Shown here one piece after another: positions 60,916 through 64,000 of a stretch of DNA of 64,000 nucleotides (its first letter is position 1; the number at the start of each line of letters is the position of its first letter). Under the pieces are notes generated by a model. The model was not told where the DNA came from, searched no databases, and saw only the letters and a list, made by a program, of their open reading frames with translations. The position numbers and the translations under genes were made by a program. The stretch is from positions 38,502,001 to 38,566,000 of the forward strand of contig NC_082726.1 in the NCBI RefSeq assembly GCF_030144855.1, read 5' to 3'. This stretch comes from Hypanus sabinus. Taxonomy: Eukaryota.

Positions 60916-63594
60916 GTAGGGCATTTTATTGTCCTTTGGTTTGGGAATTCTGCATCTTCTTTCTATTCCAACAAAACAAAATATATTTGTCCTTCTTTAT
61001 GGATATACATATACATGGATCTGAGGGATGCCCCTTTCACATCCCAAACTCATCCAGAGTGGTGTCTCTGTTCCCCTTCACGTCTCTGACTACCATTTTT
61101 TTAATTTCACTGTAACAGAGTTCTAGACCATTTGAAAGAACAAAAATGTCAGAGTGCTGAGGTTTACCTTGTCATTGGATGTTTTGTTGACATTTTACTT
61201 GGGCAATGAACCAAAAGTGAATACATTGATCTGTAAATAGGAACAGGAATTAGCCACTCAACGCTTTCAATGCAACCATCACTGATACGTACCAAGCCTC
61301 AACTCTTCTTCTGTGCCAGTTTTCACAACCCTCCTTTCCTTGATCATCCAAACACTTACGGACCTCCTCCATAAGTACCTCCAGTTATCTACCTTGCTCA
61401 AGTCTCCAAGGCCGAGAACTCAAGATGTTCACCAACTTCAGTTTTGAATTAATATGTTTCAGGTTGTTATTTTGCTCAGACAGGATTTGCCTTTTTAAGG
61501 GATATAATAAAGGAAACTAAAATAATAAAAAGAATGATTGGCAGCTTGTATATTGAAAGAAAAATTAAAATTCAGCTTGTGCAATAAGAGACCCATCCAT
61601 GGTGACTGACAAATAGAGTAGGAAAGATAAAAAAAAACTTTGGAAAAGAAATCAGCCAAGTTTGGTAAGAGTTTGCTGGGATTGGATTTGATCCAGTATT
61701 CCTGCAGGAACATTTATTAGAAAAACATTTCCAAACACTTATGGTCAAATATACTGATATAAAGTTCATACCTAATAAAAGTATTCAGTGTACTTACACG
61801 TTACAGAAACTATTCAGTTCTTGTATTTTATTTTAAATGCAGCCTTTCCCTGCTAACTCTTTCTCATAACAGGGGTGTTATCAGTGTGATCTGGTATCAG
61901 GCAGTAAACATCACACCTGTATAATTTTTCCAGTTATGTCATACATAATCTTGTGATGAAGCACAGTTTTTATAATAAAAAGTAACTTTTGCTTAGTTGG
62001 TATAAGCAAAATGATTACATCTTAATTTATCTTTATACATTTAGTTCTACTTTCTTAGTGTTTAGCTCTGTGTACAATTTAACACGCAGTTACACTTGCA
62101 TTTTCAATGTATCTAACATCATGTATGTAAAATTACTTTTCTTCAAGGATCAAGCGTGAATATTATTTGCCATGTACATTTACATGTATTAGGGATTTGC
62201 TGTGGTGTGATTGTGCAACATGCAATAAAACAGCATTAAAAATGATCATGAATAAAGAATTATATTAGTAGATTATGTAATGCCAGTCTAAGGAACATAC
62301 AGCAGATTGAGGGCTTGATTCTGTACCTTAGCAGGAGAACGTATGGCTGTTAAATACAGTATTAGCCTTCAGGTTTTTGACTAAAGGAGACATTGATAGC
62401 GGGAGAAGTCAAACACAGCAATCAGGTGAATGGAAAGACGGGGAAATGAAAGCATGAAAACCAGATGATGGGTAATAGGACACAGGAGTAGATAATCCTG
62501 GACTGAACTTTGATTGAACATACTGTTCAAATTTCAACATTTCTGTGAACATAAACCACTGCCCTTTGGCAATTAGCATACATTGTTATAATAGTATTAA
62601 TTTCCCAGAATTGGGGTGAATCATTTCAGGGCACTGGAGTATTAAGGGCACAGCTGAAAAGAAACATTGAAATTCTCCCTTCTGGACTCAGTCCCTGGCA
62701 GTACTTGGACCTCGGTGCTGCACCACCATTAATGTCCCACTAGAGATGTCTATATATTCATCACTAGGCTGACCTGTGGGCCCGTTCACAGTGGAATAGG
62801 GTCTTGACTGCACCTCCCCATTTTTACCATAACTATATGAAGGAAAATGTCACATAATTCAACTATTCTATTGTTAAGTTAACCAGACAGTGCAAATTCA
62901 TTCCTAAAAGGTGGTTTAATTTTCCACCGTGGAAAGTTTCTACATACTTTCATGATTATTAATAAATATTATGTTAATGAAAAACAACACATTCTTTTTG
63001 ACACAATACTTAGTGATTCCATCTCCTTTTCATTGATTTGACAATTGTTGGCTTGACAATTTGTTATGGAATTACTGTTAAACAGCATTGCAAAACATCT
63101 TTCTGCTAAATGATTCCTTACATTCTTATGCATTTTATCTGAGGGCGTTCCCTGTTTTTTTATATAGGCAAAATGGGAATAGAGTTGGAAGACTTAAGAA
63201 GCTCACTCTATAGTTACTGAAATGTTTTACTACATTGCTACAGTTAACTATTTATTTATAGGATTTGTATTTGCAGTATCAATGATGATCAGAAGTGTGA
63301 ACATTGAGGAAGCTGGACAGGAAATTGTACAGTTGGTATACAACTTCATTAATAAAGATTTACCTCAACACAGTATTAAGCCATCTGAAGATACATTTGA
63401 CCAATCAAGTTTCATAAACTAAAGGGAATTGTAACATTGAAGAAACTATTTGACTATTTGACTTAAACGAGGTATGTAATTTAAGGGCTCCACGTACTGT
63501 TTTAAACTTTAGAAAACATGGGGAAAGAAACTGGTACACCCGTTGGCATCACAGCACGCACCCTTCTCCTCACTGCACACCCACACTCATGCTG

Positions 63595-63865
63595 ATCATA
63601 ATGAGGGAGCTTAGACCAGGGGCTACTTAAGACTGAAATGTTGAATAATTTCTTCTCTCAGAGAATTGTGATCTTTGGAACTCTCCACTCCAGACACCTG
63701 TGATGTTGTGTCATTAAAATATATTCACAGCTGAAACAAATAGGTTTATGCACTGGAGGAGAATCCAATAAGATGTGATCAGGTAGGTCAATGGAGTTGG
63801 ATCAGAGATTAAATCAGTGAGTGATGGAACAGCTTTACAGGCCTTATGCCCTCATAGTCTATCCC
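63595..63865 (+). mobile_element. Decayed CR1 3' fragment
   Basis: ttcttctctcagagaattgtg..tggaactctc...atattcacagctgaaacaaataggttt pattern. Confidence 0.55.
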
Positions 63866-64000
63866 TTTTGCTGCTTTGGAGGTATTCAGTGACTAAATGG
63901 CCGGGTGAGGACCTCTTTGCAGTATAATGTGTGGAAGCTGGTTTGAACTGGATCAGAAAAGTGACAAACACAAATTGTCTCAATTACAGAGATTTACAAG

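Noticed and set aside
1-64000. CRISPR arrays, operons or other prokaryotic systems
   Set aside because: Spliceosomal vertebrate genes throughout; no regularly spaced repeat-spacer array

Overview
Vertebrate genomic DNA, most likely from a cartilaginous fish (shark/ray-type CR1, Rex-Babar, Penelope-like and V-SINE-like repeats; this taxon call is an inference). Three protein-coding genes can be reconstructed from GT-AG splice sites. (1) The 5' part (coding exons 1-9, minus strand, 28375->1562, continuing beyond base 1) of an anthrax toxin receptor gene with an ANTXR1-like vWA domain, an intact MIDAS and a ~21.8 kb repeat-filled first intron. (2) Head-to-head with it, a complete 3-coding-exon PRDM8-family gene (plus strand, 35570-39452, ~541 aa) whose zinc-finger signature and position identify it as ZNF488, but which still carries an intact PR/SET domain. 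(3) A complete 4-exon, four-module RBP3/IRBP gene (minus strand, 51932->44486, ~1219 aa) with a photoreceptor-type homeodomain promoter. The order ANTXR-like/ZNF488/RBP3 matches the human 10q11 ANTXRL-ZNF488-RBP3 neighbourhood, paralogous to ANTXR2-PRDM8. Non-coding parts hold a dead IR/DR-type Tc1 with a nested solo LTR, CR1 and Rex-Babar LINE remnants, many Penelope-like fragments with minimal hammerhead-ribozyme motifs, an 80-bp hAT-like MITE next to a splice donor, two unexplained long inverted repeats, an apparently CpG-retaining domain of ~28 kb and one 130-N assembly gap. No prokaryotic features, CRISPR arrays, rRNA or tRNA genes were seen. I found no clearly unprecedented system. The best leads are evolutionary (PR-retaining ZNF488, conserved ANTXRL orthologue) and the hammerhead-bearing Penelope family.
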